NCBI GenBank assembly: GCA_018434395.1 | Contig: JAHDPK010000025.1 | Location: 8,374 to 72,373 of the forward strand | Origin: Bacteroidales bacterium | Lineage (GTDB): Bacteria > Bacteroidota > Bacteroidia > Bacteroidales > UBA932 | DNA length: 64,000 nt | Direction of reading: 5' to 3' | Shown: positions 62,189 through 64,000 of the stretch, piece by piece | Layout of the letters: each line of letters starts with the position of its first letter | How positions within the stretch are numbered: the stretch's first letter is position 1 | Made by a program: the position numbers and the translations under genes | Notes under the pieces: model-generated | Database searches by the model: none | What the model saw: the letters and a program-made list of their open reading frames with translations, nothing else | What the model was told of the DNA's origin: nothing

Positions 62189-62451
62189 GTTCATTTTGTG
62201 TTTTTTAGTCTTCTATTAGTCTTCTATTTGTGTTGTGAATAATTGTTTATCTTTGTTTATTCCGATATGATTCACAAAATAAAAAAGTAAAAAACATAAC
62301 AAAGGATGCTGTTCGCTTATAAAATCGGAGATAAAAGGCTATGCAATGCGATAGAGCGCAAATATTAATGTAAATCAATATTGGAAAAATGAAATCTAAT
62401 ATGAATTAACGAACAAGTATTAAATACAGCAGAGAAAAAATAAGAACTATA

Positions 62452-64000
62452 ATGACTAACGAACAAGAACGCGACGAGCTTCACCGCACGATATGGCAGA
62501 TAGCCAACGACCTTAGAGGCAGTGTTGATGGATGGGATTTCAAATCATACGTGATAGGTATGCTGTTTTACCGCTTCATATCCGAAAACCTGACTTCCTT
62601 CATTAACGAAGGAGAACGGCGGGCGGGAAATCCCGACTTCGATTATGCAAGCATTTCCGACGAGGAAGCCGAATTCGGAAGAAGCGAAACCGTGAAGGAT
62701 AAGGGGTTTTACATACTGCCTTCCGAGCTTTTTGAGAATGTGCGCCGTAACGCCAAAAACGATCCTAACCTCAACGAAACGCTGAGCCGTGTTTTCAAAA
62801 ACATTGAAGATTCTGCCAAAGGTATGCCGAGCGAAAAAGACTTTAAAGGCCTATTCGATGATATTGATGTCAACAGCAATAAACTCGGACCTACGGTTGC
62901 CAAGAGAAACGAAAAGCTGGTGAAGATCATTAATGCCGTTGGCGATTTGCAACTGGGCGATTATCAAGACAATTCCATCGATACTTTTGGCGACGCTTAT
63001 GAATACCTGATGACCATGTATGCAAGTAATGCAGGCAAGTCGGGAGGCGAATTTTTCACCCCTCAGGAGGTCTCCGAACTACTTGCCCGAATTGCCGTGG
63101 TAGGAAAAACCGAAGTCAACAAGGTGTATGATCCTGCCTGCGGATCGGGTTCCCTTTTGCTCAAATTTGCCAAAGTCCTCGGCAAGGAAAACGTTCGGTT
63201 GGGTTTTTTCGGTCAGGAAATCAATCTCACCACCTACAACCTTTGCCGCATCAACATGTTTTTGCACGATATCGGATTCGAAAAATTCGACATAGCCCAC
63301 GGCGACACCCTCATCGATCCCAAACACTGGGACGATGAGCCATTTGATGCCATCGTTTCCAATCCGCCTTATTCCATCCGGTGGGAAGGCGACAGCAACC
63401 CTCTACTGATCAACGACCCCCGTTTTTCTCCCGCCGGCGTACTGGCACCAAAGAGCAAAGCCGATTTGGCTTTCACCATGCACATGCTCAGTTGGTTGTC
63501 CACAACGGGTACGGCTGCCATCGTAGAATTTCCCGGCGTGCTCTATCGCGGAGGTGCTGAGCAGAAAATTCGCAAATACCTTATCGACAACAATTATGTG
63601 GATGCAGTCCTTCAGCTGCCTCCAGATTTGTTTTTCGGCACTACCATAGCCACATGCGTTATTGTACTCAAAAAAAGCAAGGCAGACAATGCCGTGCTCT
63701 TCATCGACGCTTCAGCCGAATTTGTACGCGGCGGCAACAAAAACAAGCTCAGCGAAGCTAATCGCGAAAAAATTCTCGATGCTTATGTTGCGCGTCACGA
63801 TATTGACCACTTTGCCCGGCTGGTTCCCAACAGCGACATTGCCGAAAACGAGTACAACATTGCCGTGAGCAGCTACGTGGAGCAGAATAACGAGACCGAA
63901 GAAGTGGATATCGAAAAACTGAACGCCCGCATTGCCGAGATCGTCATCCGCCAGCAAAAACTTCGCGAAGCTATCGATGAAATTGTGGCCGATTTGGAAG
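62452..64000 (+). CDS. hsdM: type I restriction-modification system methyltransferase subunit HsdM (3' end beyond window)
   Basis: Own translation from the ATG at 62452 gives MTNEQERDELHRTIWQIANDLRGSVDGWDFKSYVIGMLFYRFISENL (HsdM_N). Also GEFFTPQEVSELL, SAM motif VYDPACGSGSLL and NPPY at 63361-63372. No stop before the window end, so it is absent from the ORF track. Confidence 0.93.
   Translation, partial: MTNEQERDELHRTIWQIANDLRGSVDGWDFKSYVIGMLFYRFISENLTSFINEGERRAGNPDFDYASISDEEAEFGRSETVKDKGFYILPSELFENVRRNAKNDPNLNETLSRVFKNIEDSAKGMPSEKDFKGLFDDIDVNSNKLGPTVAKRNEKLVKIINAVGDLQLGDYQDNSIDTFGDAYEYLMTMYASNAGKSGGEFFTPQEVSELLARIAVVGKTEVNKVYDPACGSGSLLLKFAKVLGKENVRLGFFGQEINLTTYNLCRINMFLHDIGFEKFDIAHGDTLIDPKHWDDEPFDAIVSNPPYSIRWEGDSNPLLINDPRFSPAGVLAPKSKADLAFTMHMLSWLSTTGTAAIVEFPGVLYRGGAEQKIRKYLIDNNYVDAVLQLPPDLFFGTTIATCVIVLKKSKADNAVLFIDASAEFVRGGNKNKLSEANREKILDAYVARHDIDHFARLVPNSDIAENEYNIAVSSYVEQNNETEEVDIEKLNARIAEIVIRQQKLREAIDEIVADLE

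Noticed and set aside
61151-62198. Target-site duplication flanking the IS remnant
   Set aside because: The flanks (…ttaagtt | gttcatt…) share at most 'gtt'. That is too short to call, and the insertion is probably old or rearranged.
62206-62227. Tandem 2 x 11-bp direct repeat, tagtcttctat tagtcttctat, just outside the right TIR
   Set aside because: There are only two copies in AT-rich intergenic DNA. No further copies or associated structure were found, so it is likely incidental.

Overview
This 64-kb window is AT-rich. It is probably from Bacteroidota: start codons lack Shine-Dalgarno motifs, and the housekeeping proteins look Bacteroidetes-like. About 49 kb is ordinary core genome. It includes fabH (partial), rpmF, yceD, typA, guaA, xerD, pyk, nth, ftsE, gyrB, ubiE/menG, cls, a DsbD-like protein, rplS, anmK, grpE-dnaJ, fba, gmk, nadD, panB, dnaK, tRNA-Leu(GAG) and tRNA-Arg(ACG). 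Three accessory-metabolism clusters sit inside the core: (i) an AONS/SPT-family acyltransferase plus an SDR; (ii) an AmmeMemoRadiSam operon whose proteins carry export signals, with an inserted membrane spermidine-synthase-like gene; (iii) a TusA/DsrE plus MvhD/HdrA/HdrA/QmoC-like (Qmo-like) operon beside a Crp/Fnr regulator. Immediately after the dnaK terminator (about 49.1 kb) a defence island begins. It contains a frameshifted XRE regulator, dndC-dndD-dndE (DNA phosphorothioation) and five translationally coupled downstream genes: a multi-HTH protein, a PLD-SF2 helicase, a 72-aa protein, a Rad50/SMC-like ATPase and a 166-aa protein. These five do not resemble the characterised PT-dependent restriction partners DndFGH, SspE, SspFGH or PbeABCD. 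This is my best candidate for a new system. The island continues with a gene fragment, a decayed IS with intact 28-bp terminal inverted repeats, and a much more GC-rich type I R-M hsdM that runs off the window. All homology calls come from motif recognition by eye, with no searches run. No CRISPR array or rRNA was seen.
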